This document shows, piece after piece, positions 50,855 through 62,484 of a stretch of 64,000 nt of DNA; the stretch's first letter is position 1; the number at the start of each line of letters is the position of its first letter. The notes beneath the pieces were generated by a model. The model searched no databases, was not told the origin of the DNA, and saw only the letters and a program-made list of their open reading frames with translations. Source of the DNA: Chiloscyllium plagiosum (Eukaryota); contig NC_057750.1 of assembly GCF_004010195.1 (NCBI RefSeq), positions 17,862,209-17,926,208 on the forward strand. Direction: 5' to 3'. The position numbers were made by a program, and so were the translations under genes.

Positions 50855-52899
50855 ATAAGACCATAAGACATAGGAGTGGAAGTAAGGCCATTCGGCCCAT
50901 CGAGTCCACTCCGCCATTCAATCATGGCTAATGCGCATTTCAGCTCCACTTACCAGCGTTCTCCCCGTAGCCCTTAATTCCTCTAGACAACAAGAATCTA
51001 TCAATCTCGGCCTTGAAGACATTTAGCGTCCCGGCTTCCACTGCACTCCGTGGCAATGAATTCCACAGGCCCACCACTCTCTGGCTGAAGAAATGTCTCC
51101 GCATTTCTGTTCCGAAATGACTCCCTCTAATTCTAAGGCTGTGTCCACGGGTCCTAGTCTCCTCGTCTTAACGGAAACAATTTCCTAGCATCCACCTTTT
51201 CCAAGCCATGTATTATTTTGTACGTCTCTATTAAGTCTCCCCTTAATCTTCTAAACAAAGAATACAATCCCAGTATCCTCAGCCATTCCTCATATGTTAG
51301 GCCTACCATTCCAGGGATCANNNNNNNNNNNNNNNNNNNNNNNNNNNNNNNNNNNNNNNNNNNNNNNNNNNNNNNNNNNNNNNNNNNNNNNNNNNNNNNN
51401 NNNNNNNNNNNNNNNNNNNNNNNNNNNNNNNNNNNNNNNNNNNNNNNNNNNNNNNNNNNNNNNNNNNNNNNNNNNNNNNNNNNNNNNNNNNNNNNNNNNN
51501 NNNNNNNNNNNNNNNNNNNNNNNNNNNNNNNNNNNNNNNNNNNNNNNNNNNNNNNNNNNNNNNNNNNNNNNNNNNNNNNNNNNNNNNNNNNNNNNNNNNN
51601 NNNNNNNNNNNNNNNNNNNNNNNNNNNNNNNNNNNNNNNNNNNNNNNNNNNNNNNNNNNNNNNNNNNNNNNNNNNNNNNNNNNNNNNNNNNNNNNNNNNN
51701 NNNNNNNNNNNNNNNNNNNNNNNNNNNNNNNNNNNNNNNNNNNNNNNNNNNNNNNNNNNNNNNNNNNNNNNNNNNNNNNNNNNNNNNNNNNNNNNNNNNN
51801 NNNNNNNNNNNNNNNNNNNNNNNNNNNNNNNNNNNNNNNNNNNNNNNNNNNNNNNNNNNNNNNNNNNNNNNNNNNNNNNNNNNNNNNNNNNNNNNNNNNN
51901 NNNNNNNNNNNNNNNNNNNNNNNNNNNNNNNNNNNNNNNNNNNNNNNNNNNNNNNNNNNNNNNNNNNNNNNNNNNNNNNNNNNNNNNNNNNNNNNNNNNN
52001 NNNNNNNNNNNNNNNNNNNNNNNNNNNNNNNNNNNNNNNNNNNNNNNNNNNNNNNNNNNNNNNNNNNNNNNNNNNNNNNNNNNNNNNNNNNNNNNNNNNN
52101 NNNNNNNNNNNNNNNNNNNNNNNNNNNNNNNNNNNNNNNNNNNNNNNNNNNNNNNNNNNNNNNNNNNNNNNNNNNNNNNNNNNNNNNNNNNNNNNNNNNN
52201 NNNNNNNNNNNNNNNGTTCTCCTGCTATATCCTTATCTCCCATCACTCGGCTTCCTGCATCAGTTTGAAGTGGCCCAATGTCTACTTTTGCCTGTCGTTT
52301 GTTTCTTATGTCCTGAAAGAAACTTTTACTATTATTTCTAATATTATTGGCTAGCCTACCTTCATATTTGATCCTCTCATTTCTTATTACACTCTTTGTT
52401 ATCCTCTGTTTGCTTTTGTATCCTTCCCAATCTTCTGATTTCCCATTGTTCTTAGCCACTTTATAGGATCTCTCTTTTTCTTTAATACATTTCCTGACTT
52501 CCTTTGTCAGCCAAGGTTGTCTAATCCCTCCCCGGTTAATCTTTCTTTTCTTGGGAATGAACCTCTGTACAGTGTCCTCAATTATACCTACAAACTCCTG
52601 CCATTTTTGTTCTACTGTCTTCCCGGTTAGCCTCTGCTTCCAGTCTATTTTAGTCAGTTCCTCTCTCATGCCCTCATAATTACCTTTATTCAACTGTAAC
52701 ACCATTACATCCGATTGTGCCTTCTCCCTTTCAAACTCCAGACTGAACTCTACCATATTATGGTCGCTACTTCCTAAGGGTTGCCTTACTTTAAGATCTT
52801 TTATAGAGTCTGGTTCATTACAAAGCACTAGGTCCAGAATAGCCTGCTCTCTTGTGGGCTCCATGACAAGCTGTTCCAAAAAGCCATCCTGTAAGCATT
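50855..52899 (-). mobile_element. Young 5'-truncated CR1 LINE spanning the assembly gap
   Basis: Open ORF2 (EPTREQAILDLVLCN...LGSSDHNMVEF...PWLTKEV) and 3' tail cctatgtcttatggtcttat on -. Confidence 0.9.
51321..52215. other. Assembly gap (N run)
   Basis: Run of Ns. Confidence 1.
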
Positions 52900-55821
52900 G
52901 ATCCAAGGAAACACTTGTAGGTGGAAAAGGTAGCTTTGTTTTTTTTACAAAAAACAGAACCATCTATCCCCTCCCATCATACGTTACCTAGGGGAAAGGG
53001 ATTGGAAAGACCAGGAAGGGATGTCGGAAAAAGATCAGGATCCGGGACAGAACCAGATGGGGCGATGAAGTTAGGGGAGAGCATGGGAGACGGAAGAAGA
53101 AAAGGGCCCCTGGGCTCTCTTTGTCGCCCCCACCTGCTCACCACTGAAATCCAGTTCAAAGCAGACACACTTCCCTATGCATGTGCAGTATTACATTTAC
53201 TCCTGACATTACATGTAAAGTCTACGCAATGACATCACTGCTTGGAACTGTGCGTTCTCCCAATGACCGTGCAGGCTATGGACTCCAATGTTTTCTCAGC
53301 TTTTGAGAAAAAACAATTTTCTCTTTACTTCACCTCATTTATTAGGGTTGTTTTAAAAAAATCTGACCTCAATCAATTTGAGAAGAACCTTTGTTCATAA
53401 TCATTTGAACCTCTATTCTTAGCCTAACCTTTTTTCTAACATTAGTCCATGTAGGCCTTTTGCCTTAACTCCATTTAAACCTTTCTCCTTTAGCCCCTTT
53501 TCATTTCTTCATCAGAACCAACTTGATTCACATGGAGACAAAACAGCTTGAAGGAAATGAGCAACTCTGGCAGTAAACTCTGGATCTAAGTAATTCATAA
53601 GTGTTTAGTTCCCCAGTGTCTAAAGTGAAGGTAAAAGATACAAGTGCAGTTTGACTAAACTCATTTTACAGACACAATCCATTCAGCTCATCAGCTCCAG
53701 TTCACACTGGTGAACAACACATGAATGTATTTGTGACTTGCAAATTAATTAATTTAACTTGTTTTTACTGCATAAAAAATTCTCATCAAATAACATCACA
53801 AACATTAACTATAAATAAAGACATTGAATATTGAATTTTCAGTCCTAAAATAATGTGAAGGCTTCCTGTTTGTTGGCTGAATTGTTGTTTGACATTTCCA
53901 CCCACTATTTTAGAGGCACTAAACCCATTTATCACTGCTCCACTTCCACAAATACAAACAACTATTGATGACTCGTTATTCAGCAAATGACGAAGGACAT
54001 GTGCTTAAGTTCTAAAAACATTGAAGAGATCCATCTTTCAGTAGGGACACAGTGCTCATCTTATTGTTTTTTCCCTTCTCCATGGCACTTTGTCGTTCTT
54101 CTCATTCATTTCCCCATCATCTTTCACCTTTTGACAAAACTTATTTGATCCCAAAGCCAAAAACAATGCTTGCGCCAGATTGCTTAATCTGAGCCCTGCC
54201 CCTGCTGTATCCTACATTGTGTTGTGCAAGTAATTTATCCTTAACATAAAAACAAATGCTGATTGTGTTGGCTTCACCATAATAATATTGGCTCATTAAT
54301 AAGGAATACTATGTCAGTCAGAATGTCACCGTGCTTTGTACAATCACCAGTATCCGATACAGTAGCTCTATTCTTTGATTTATTTATTCCATTGACAATA
54401 AAACCTGTAAATCTACTGTTCAAAGCATTCATTTAACTAAAAGGTTACAATGCTGGTTTGTATTATTCAGATGGTAGCCTTTATTAGGCGAGAGACAAGA
54501 TGTATTTGAAAAGAGTAACTTGTTTACTCTACTCCACAATCTTAATTTAGAACACACAAATCATATCCTTTCCCTGTAAATTTTGCTGCTGCCAACAACT
54601 TACTTTAAAGCTGAGTTAGAGATAATCGTTGGAGCAATGTTAGGGAGTATTTGAGATGCTAGAACAGGGTGCAAAGAAAGAATAGATACAACTCTGCGGT
54701 TTTTGATTTTTCCATGTAGTACTTTCCTGAAATAGCTTATCTGTGCCTTGCCTGTTTTGGACCATAAACCCAACTGGTTCAAATGAATAATAGTTTCAAT
54801 CTTTCATTTAGCATTAACAGGCACGCAAAGTGCTCAGTGTTTTCCTTTATTGCTTACTGTTTCTGTATGTTGGTAATGCTTATTTCATGAAGCCTTGCAT
54901 TTGGGTCATTTAAATTTTTTTATAAAGATAAAATATTAATAATTTTAGAATTCAGTTTGGGAGAGATGTTTTAATTGAACTTTGGGGAAAGAATTTTATT
55001 GACAAATAGATCACTCACCAGAACTTACAGTTCAACAATTTTCTTCGATTCAGTCAAGAGATTATATTATTGCCCATCTCTAATTGCCCAGAGAGCAATT
55101 GAGTGTCAATCTGATTGCTGTGGATCTGGAGTAACATGTAGGCCAGACTAGGCAAGGATGTCAGTTTTCCCATCCTAAAGGATATTAGTGAACCAGATGG
55201 GTTTTTCTAACAATAAACATGGGCATTACTGCATTCTGGATTCTAGACTTTTATTGAAATTGAGTTTTCTTTAAAAAACAAACTTACGACTACTTGAGCC
55301 ACATCTTCAGTTAATGAGATGCTAGAATTTCCTTCCTAAATATCTCTACCTTGCTTTAAGATGTTCTTTGAAACCTACCTCATTAGCCTGTGAACAAAAG
55401 CTTGGTTAAAATCTCTATGCAGCTAAAACCAAAGATTACCTGCTTGTAAATTCACTCTCTCATCCTCTGTCTTGGTATGTCTTACGATGGCAAAAGGCAC
55501 TAACAATATGATAGTGGAGCAAAAGCCACAAAGAAATTCTTAGTGAGTTTTGCATTTAAGAAAACCGTAATAAACACTTGGGATAACAGACATAATGGAA
55601 ATTAAGTCAAAATAAATGAATTAAATCCACTATAGGTGGAATGAGGTGACAGTTTTAATTGCTTGTAGGCTCTGCCTGAGAACCACCACCTGCCATGATT
55701 TTTGTTCATCAGGCAGTGTTGCCCCAAGTGTCATCACTGTCCCATGGCTGCGATCTGGATTTACTGATTTTTATTTGAAGAGAATGTGCAGTTTTATTTA
55801 ATATATTCCTTCATCCAACAG

Positions 55822-55911
55822 CATGGGGATCCAAAAAAGAAGAAGAAGAAAGAAAAGAAGCACAAGCACGATAAATGCAAGGCAGATAAGCACAAACCTT
55901 GCAAAAAATAG
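55822..55911 (+). CDS. Unassigned protein, last coding exon (HGDPKKKKKKEKKHKHDKCKADKHKPCKK*)
   Basis: ttccttcatccaacAG acceptor, phase 0, TAG at 55909-55911, AATAAA ~145 nt downstream. Confidence 0.7.
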   Translation, partial: HGDPKKKKKKEKKHKHDKCKADKHKPCKK

Positions 55912-56055
55912 CAAAGCATGTTACACATGACATCATCAGAGTTGCTACTCCCCTTTCTTAAAGATGTTTGCTTTAAACAAACACATTATTACTCAGTCAC
56001 TGTTTCATAAAATGAATGATTAAATATGAACTGCATGATTATCTAAGTTCTACCA

Positions 56056-56061
56056 AATAAA
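56056..56061 (+). terminator. Polyadenylation signal of the unassigned gene
   Basis: AATAAA after the stop codon, with an upstream ATTAAA at ~56019. Confidence 0.55.
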
Positions 56062-56219
56062 GAATATATCTGAATAATCAGCATTTGTGATATAATTAAT
56101 TCAGAAATTCAAATTGCACAAAGGGCCAAATTTTCAGCAAAGCAAGTAATGAGAATTGGGAAATATATATATATATTCTATTAATATATTAATCACACAT
56201 ACACCTCCCTCTTTTTGAA

Positions 56220-58332
56220 AAGGTTCCTTTTAAAACTTTATCCTCTCATCTTAAACCTGTGCCCTCCAGCTTTGGACTCCCCTATCCTTGAAAGACCTTG
56301 GCTATTCATCCTACCCATGCCCCTCATGGTTTTATAAACCTCTTATAAAGGTAACCCCTCAGCATCTCCCTATAGCTCAAAATCTTAAACCCAGCAAACA
56401 GCCTTATAAATTTTTCTAAACCCCTTCAAGTTTAATAACTTTCTTACAGCAGGCAGACCAGAATTGAATGTAATATTCCCAAAGTAGCCTAACCAATGTC
56501 CTATATAGCTGCAGCATGACATCCCAACTCCAAGACTCAATCCACTGACCAATAAAAGCAAGCATACCAAAGGCTTTCTTCACATACCACCTTCTGTAGT
56601 TTCTTACGGTCCTGGGCAGAGCAATTACCATTCGAGGCAGTTATGCACCAGTACAGTATGTTCTCAAAGGTGCATCTGTAGAAGTTGGTGAGGGTCCTTA
56701 TGGACATACTAAGTTTTCTGAGCCACCTGAGGAAGAAGAAGCCGTGTGCTTTCTTGACCATCACAACTACATGAGAAGTCCAGGACAGATTGTCGGTTAT
56801 AGACACTTAGGAACTAATGCTGTCCACCCTCTCAACCTCAGTTTCGTTAATATTGATAGGAGTGTGTTCTTCTTTCTGAAGTCAAATGATCAGTTCTTTA
56901 GTTTTGAGAGAGGTTGCTCTAATCTAGACCATCACAAAAGCTAACCTTCATCTTTGGACCCAATTTCTAAACTTTTTCTTTATTTATTCATTTTGTGGGA
57001 TGTGAGCATCGCTCACTGGCCAACACTTATTGCCCATCCCTAGTTGCCTTTCAGGTGGTGGTGCTGTGCTGTCTTCAACTGCCGCGGTCCTCCTGTTGAA
57101 GGTTGACCCAAGTTTCCATTAGGGAGGGAATTCCAAGATTTTGACGCAGTGACATTAAAAGGAACAGTGATATATTTCCAAATCAGAATGGTGAGTGACT
57201 TAGTGGGGAACTTGAAGGTCGTAGTGGTCCCATATATCTGCTGCCCTTGTCCTTCTAGATAGAAGTGGTAGTGGGTTTGAAAGGTGCTGTCTGATGACCT
57301 TTGGTGAATTTCTGCAGTGCATCCTGTAGATAGTACATACTACATGGTTCGTTACCATGGAAAGGCAGCCAACATCAAAGATCCATCGCACCCTGGTAAT
57401 GATCTCCTACAATCTCTTCTGTGAAGCAGAGGATACAGAAGCCTGAACATATGGAGCAGCAGGTTCAGATACAGCTTCTTCCCAGTTGTTGTTAGACTGG
57501 TGAATGGACACTCTAGCCTTAAATAATGCTGATCTCGCTAATGCTGTTCTCACCTAGCACCCACCCTATGCAACGTAACCTGCCTGCCTCTAAAGTCTTT
57601 TTGATCCGTACATTCTTGCTTACAATGATCTGCTTGTACTGCTTCTAAACAAAGCTTTTCACTGTACCTTGCTACACGTGACAATAAATCAATCAGTAGT
57701 TGCAGTCTACTGTACCTGCAACTCCACTTCCAAGGAATCACGAACCTGCACCCTAAGGTCTCTTTGTTCGGCAACACTCCCCAGGATCCTACCATTAAAT
57801 GTACAAGTTCTGCCTGGATTTGTCTTACCAAAATGGAACACCTCACATTTTATTTAAATAAAACTCCGTATGCCACTCCTTGGACCATCTAATCAAGGAC
57901 CCATTGTACTATGAGATAACCCTTCACTGTCCATAATACCAGCAACTTTGGTGTCATCTGCAAACTTACTCACCATACCTCCGATATTCACTTCCAAAAT
58001 CATTTACATAAATTACAACAAGCAATGGACCCAGCACTGAACCTTGTGACACACCAACTGGTCACAGATCTCCAGTTTGAAAAATAACCCTCCACCACCA
58101 CCTTCAAGCCAATTTTGTATCCAAATAGCTGGCCTTTCCTGGAAACCATATGGACAATATCCACTGCTCTGACTTCAATCATCTTCATCACTTCTGCAAA
58201 AAAGCTCAAATCAATTTAGTGAGACTGGATTTCCCATGCACAAAGCCATGCTGACTATCCCTAGTCAGTTCTTGCCTTTCTAAATTCATGTAACTTCTGC
58301 TCCTCGGTATCCCCTCCAGTAACTTACCCACC
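56220..58332 (-). mobile_element. CR1 LINE hosting nested insertions
   Basis: CR1 ORF2 motifs at 56220-56583 and 57710-58332. Confidence 0.8.
56581..57695. mobile_element. Rex1/Babar-like LINE with inverted 5' part, itself interrupted by a LINE tail (~56972-57340, -)
   Basis: - strand: LSWTSHV...TNFYRCTFENIL...DRKKLQKVVC. + strand: TITKANL...KAANIKDPSHPG...RFRYSFFP, ending aataaatcaatca. Confidence 0.7.
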
Positions 58333-59202
58333 ACACTCCACTCCTGTGCAGATCAGAGATAACCACAGGAGTTGTTCAGTGATGAAGCTAGCTGCTTAAA
58401 TAAGTCCACTTCTGTTCTCTGGGACTTGGTCCCAGTTCTTTAAATACTGTATTTGACGTCAGCCACACACTCCTCTTGTTTCCAACTACCCACAAAAGAC
58501 TCCTCAATGCTCACTGCCTAGTAAACAGTACAGACCAATGAACTTTACAATAAAACAATGTGCAGAGATGCTTTAACAAAGTCATGAATGGCTCTTTTTA
58601 AAACGCTGCTATATCAATCCCAGTGTCAAATAACCATATCTTTATGTAATCAATCATCAAAATTGGACACTTCATCTTGGAGACACTTGAAGTGTCAATC
58701 AAGCAAAGCCTTCCGCTCAGCGCACCTGTTTCAACAGTCATGGAAATCTGAGATCTCATCCAAGTCTACGTAATAAGGTAGCAGAACTCATTATACAGGG
58801 TGTGTGGCATCATTCAGAATGGAGGGCGGGAGGGGTTTGTGGGGGGGGGTGTGAGTTGGCTCAGGGGATATGTGGAATACATTTTTGAGCTTTCTTTTAA
58901 AAGAAAGATTCTAGCACCCACACTGTGGCTCATGACTGCAGATTGTGCCAGTAAAAACTGGGGCATTAGGAATGAGAGCAGGAATCACATCATCAGGTTC
59001 ACCAGCCCACCTCAAACACCTGACCACAGCCTTGTGCACTTCTGTAAAGCAAAGGGGGGGAAAGCTTTCCTTTTTGTAGTTGCCTATGCTATCTTAGTGC
59101 ATGGGAAACTCCTGGATTTATTTGCAATAATTCAAGTGTTAAAATGGAAGGTTGCTAATTCACCGATTGATGAAGGAGGCTTCAATAGCAGGAGAAGCTC
59201 TG

Positions 59203-59988
59203 AATGAGTTATGGAGTTCAATGTAGCTAAGTGTGAGGTGATTCACTTTGGTAAGAGTAACAAAAAGATGGGGTACTGGGCTAATTGTCGGATACTTGGT
59301 AGTGTGGATGAGCAGAGGGATCTTGGTGTCCATGTACACTGATCTCTGAAAGTTACCACCCAGGTAAATAGTGCGATGAAGAAGGCATATGGCGTACTGG
59401 CTTTTATTGGTAGAGGAATTGAGTTCCGGGTCCTGAGGTCATGTTGCAGTTGTATAAGACTCTGGTGCGGCTGCATCTGGAGTATTGTGTGCAGTTTTGG
59501 TCGCCATACTATAGGAAGGATGTGGAGGCACTGGAACGGGTGCAGAGGAGGTTTACCAGGATGTTGCCTGGTATGGTAGAAAGATCGTATGAGGAAAGGC
59601 TGAGGCACTTGGGGTTGTTTTCATTGGAGAAAAGAAGGTTTAGGGGTGACTTGATAGAGGTGTACAAGATGATTAGGGGTTTAGATAGGGTCGACAGTGA
59701 GAATCTTTTTCCACGTATGGAGTCAGCTATTACAAGGGGGCATAACTTTAAATTAAGGGGGGGTAGGTATAGGACAGATGTTAGGGGTAGGTTCTTTACT
59801 CAGCGAGTCGTGAGTTCATGGAATGCCCTGCCAGTAGCAGTGGTGGGCTCTCCCTCTTTATGGGCATTTAAGCGGGCATTGCATAGGCATATGGAGGATA
59901 GTGGGCTAGTGTAGGTTAGGTGGGTTTGGATCGGCGCAACATCGAGGGCCGAAGGGCCTGTACTGCGCTGTATTCTTCTATGTTCTAT
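59203..59988 (+). mobile_element. Young CR1 LINE 3' part (frameshifted)
   Basis: ORF 59441-59914 LQLYKTLVRLHLEYCVQFWSPYYRKD..., tail ttctatgttctatg. Confidence 0.92.
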
Positions 59989-60578
59989 GAGATAGAAACT
60001 TCTCAATTGCCAAGGTATTCTACATTTATGCTGATCAATTTCAGTCCAGCAATGTCAGTGCACACAGATAGCTTTGCCATCATTTTAAGAGTACCAGTTC
60101 AGGCCATTAACATCAGCCACCATGCAGATAACGTTTTTATTTGCCACTAAGCCATGTTCAGGAAGCTTGTATAATGGTGGCATGTAGCAGCCACCCCCTC
60201 TTTGGGGACAACTTGACTTACAGACCACTTCTCACAATTCCTGGATTGGATGGAGAATTGACACACCTGGATTGTTAGAACAAAGTTGCAAAGGAGTAAT
60301 GACAGCACCACAAACATATTCCCAAATAAACCATAGCAAACATGAAATTGGCATTCATCAAGGTTTCTTCAAGATGTGAAACTTGGGAGAATGTGTGCTT
60401 GCATAATTAGATTTAAAATGCTCAATTTGCTGATGAGAATTCTCATCAGACTTTCATTCCAACTGGTTATATTAAAAATGTCTGGCTGTCTACCTGCTAA
60501 TTGTTACTACCCGGCCACTAGATTTCATTCTCTGGAAGTGGCTGTCAGAGCTCAATGATAATTAGCAAAAAAAACCAC

Positions 60579-60584
60579 TTTATT
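60579..60584 (-). terminator. Polyadenylation signal of the MAPKBP1/WDR62-like gene
   Basis: TTTATT on + (AATAAA on -), ~240 nt past the stop. Confidence 0.55.
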
Positions 60585-60826
60585 TCAAAAGATTTAAAGC
60601 AAGAGGTTTAAGAAAATCAATGCACAGATAACAATGTACATACAAAAATGGAGGGACATCATATAATACTGCAAAATTCGTAACATTCAAATAAACTGGT
60701 GACTATAATTCTGGTAATATTGATTACAGCTCTTTCACTAAAGAAAACACTAAATAGAATGCTGCACTATTTCATAGGACAAAGTTACATTTAAACATTC
60801 CCTTCTTGCTCTGCAAATGTATTGTT

Positions 60827-61048
60827 TCAATGTTGCAACTGCAGATTTTGTGCCACCATTTTTATCAACATTTCTGAATAGTGCTCTAGCAAAGCTGTCA
60901 CCTTGCCATTCTCTGGAGCTTCTGAGGCAAAGAGAGAAATTGGCAAACATTCTATGGAGTTCAAATGCTTCCTCGCAGAGGAAAATGCACCACACAAGAT
61001 GGCCATCATCTTGGACTTGCGCTCTGGTGTATCTTCACTGGAAAGCAC
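60827..61048 (-). CDS. MAPKBP1/WDR62-family protein, last coding exon
   Basis: tctttcttcacAG acceptor. VLSSEDTPE...AFSSARKHL...TALLEHYSEMLIKMV...* matches the C-terminal loop-helix dimerisation region (MAPKBP1 TFSSVRQEL...ALLEQYSELL; WDR62 ALLEHYSELL). Confidence 0.88.
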   Translation of the reverse strand: MLSSEDTPERKSKMMAILCGAFSSARKHLNSIECLPISLFASEAPENGKVTALLEHYSEMLIKMVAQNLQLQH

Positions 61049-61524
61049 CTGTGAAGAAAGATTGGATTAGAGCAATGATTTTTAAAAAAAGGTTTCCTTC
61101 CTGCCTGACTTATAGTTCCTTAGATAAGATCTGTTACCTGATAGTTAGCCATAAGAAGGGGGAAGGCCACATGAGCCAGACTTATTGTAGCTTAGCTAAG
61201 TTTCACCTTCAAGTAATGGTAATGCATGAACATTCTGCAGTAGTAAGCTAAAGCAAAAAACAGGTAATCTTTTCCCCTTCTACCTTTGAGATACTGAAGC
61301 TAAATCAGAATAATTAGATCTGAAACAAAACAGAAGTTGCTTGAGAAATTCAGCCGGTCTGGCAGCATCTGTGGAGAGAAATCAGAGTTAACGTTTCAGA
61401 GGTCCAGTGATACTTCTTCAGTTCAGAGCTGCCAGACCTGTTGAGTTTCTCCAGCTATTTCTGTTTTTGTTTCAGTTTTCCAGTACCTTCCATCCTTTGT
61501 TTCAATTTAATAATTAGATCATTC

Positions 61525-61835
61525 AGTTCAACAGGGTGAATAGTTAAGGACCCTTTCCCTCCCAGGGTGTAGGGGTTCAAAAAATAGGTTTAAAGTGAGA
61601 CAGAAAGATTTAAAAAGGGACTTAAGAGACACATTTGTCAGAGGGTGGCATGTATATGGAATATGCTACCAGGAAATGGTGGAGGTAGCTAGTTATTACA
61701 TTTAAAAGGCATCTGGATTAATAAGAAGGGTTTGAGACAAACACTGGCAAATGGGACTAGATGAATTTAGGATATCTGGTTGGCATGGGCGAGTTGGACC
61801 GAAGGGTCTGTTTCCGTGCTAAACAACTGTGACGT
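61525..61835 (+). mobile_element. CR1 3' fragment in intron
   Basis: gagttggaccgaagggtctgtttccgtgct tail. Confidence 0.7.
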
Positions 61836-62398
61836 TTTGACTCATCTGATACATCAGACAGATATTCAATTGTTAAATGCACTTTGAGAACTTGATTAAG
61901 AAATTGTTCATGTATGAACTGGTTTTATTTCCAGATATTGAAACTGATGGAAATGGCAAAATCCATATGGCTGCAAAATATTAACTAATATAGCCCATTC
62001 TACCAAGTGTTAGAATATTGCTTCAAAACCTCCTGGAATATTGTACACAGGCCTACTTTGTTGCAAATATTCTGCAGAATCTTTCAGGCAAAGAAACAGA
62101 CAACTTGGCCCAGTAGGTCTATATCAGTGCTTAGGTTTCACACTGTTCTTTTTCCACCATTCTTTACCTGACCCCATCAAATAATGTTCTTTTCCTTTAA
62201 TACTTCAACCTTCCGTTTAAATGTACTCTGTTGGTCACCTGAAACGCAGCTTGTGAAAGCAAATTCAACTTGTCTTAATGAGGTAGGGTTAACTATTCAG
62301 GTCAGCTTCCTGCAATGTTAATTTGCATAAGAAACAGTGAAGAAAAAAGGTAGCTTGAAATAGGAAAAAAATGTTGAAGTTAGTAAATGTGCACCTAC

Positions 62399-62484
62399 CT
62401 TGTTGTACAGCTGTAAGGCCTTCTGCAAAGTGTCCTGAAGTTCTGTAACAACATACTCACAGTTCTCGACACTGACTGCGAGAT
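62399..62484 (-). CDS. MAPKBP1/WDR62-family protein, penultimate coding exon ((D)LAVSVENCEYVVTELQDTLQKALQLYNK)
   Basis: ttttgcAG acceptor and AAG|GTAGGT donor, in frame with the last exon. Resembles MAPKBP1 SLEQCEQLVAEL...AVRLY. Confidence 0.88.

Noticed and set aside
51218..52963. Long ORFs of 324-557 aa
   Set aside because: Inflated by the N gap. The real part is CR1 ORF2.
55903..55911. Polybasic tail plus Cys as a K-Ras4B-like prenylation signal
   Set aside because: Cys is third from the end (PCKK*), which is not a CaaX, CC or CxC motif.
60750..61251. Overlapping ORFs 60750-60995 (-) and 60817-61251 (+)
   Set aside because: Alternative frames over the true MAPKBP1/WDR62-like exon.
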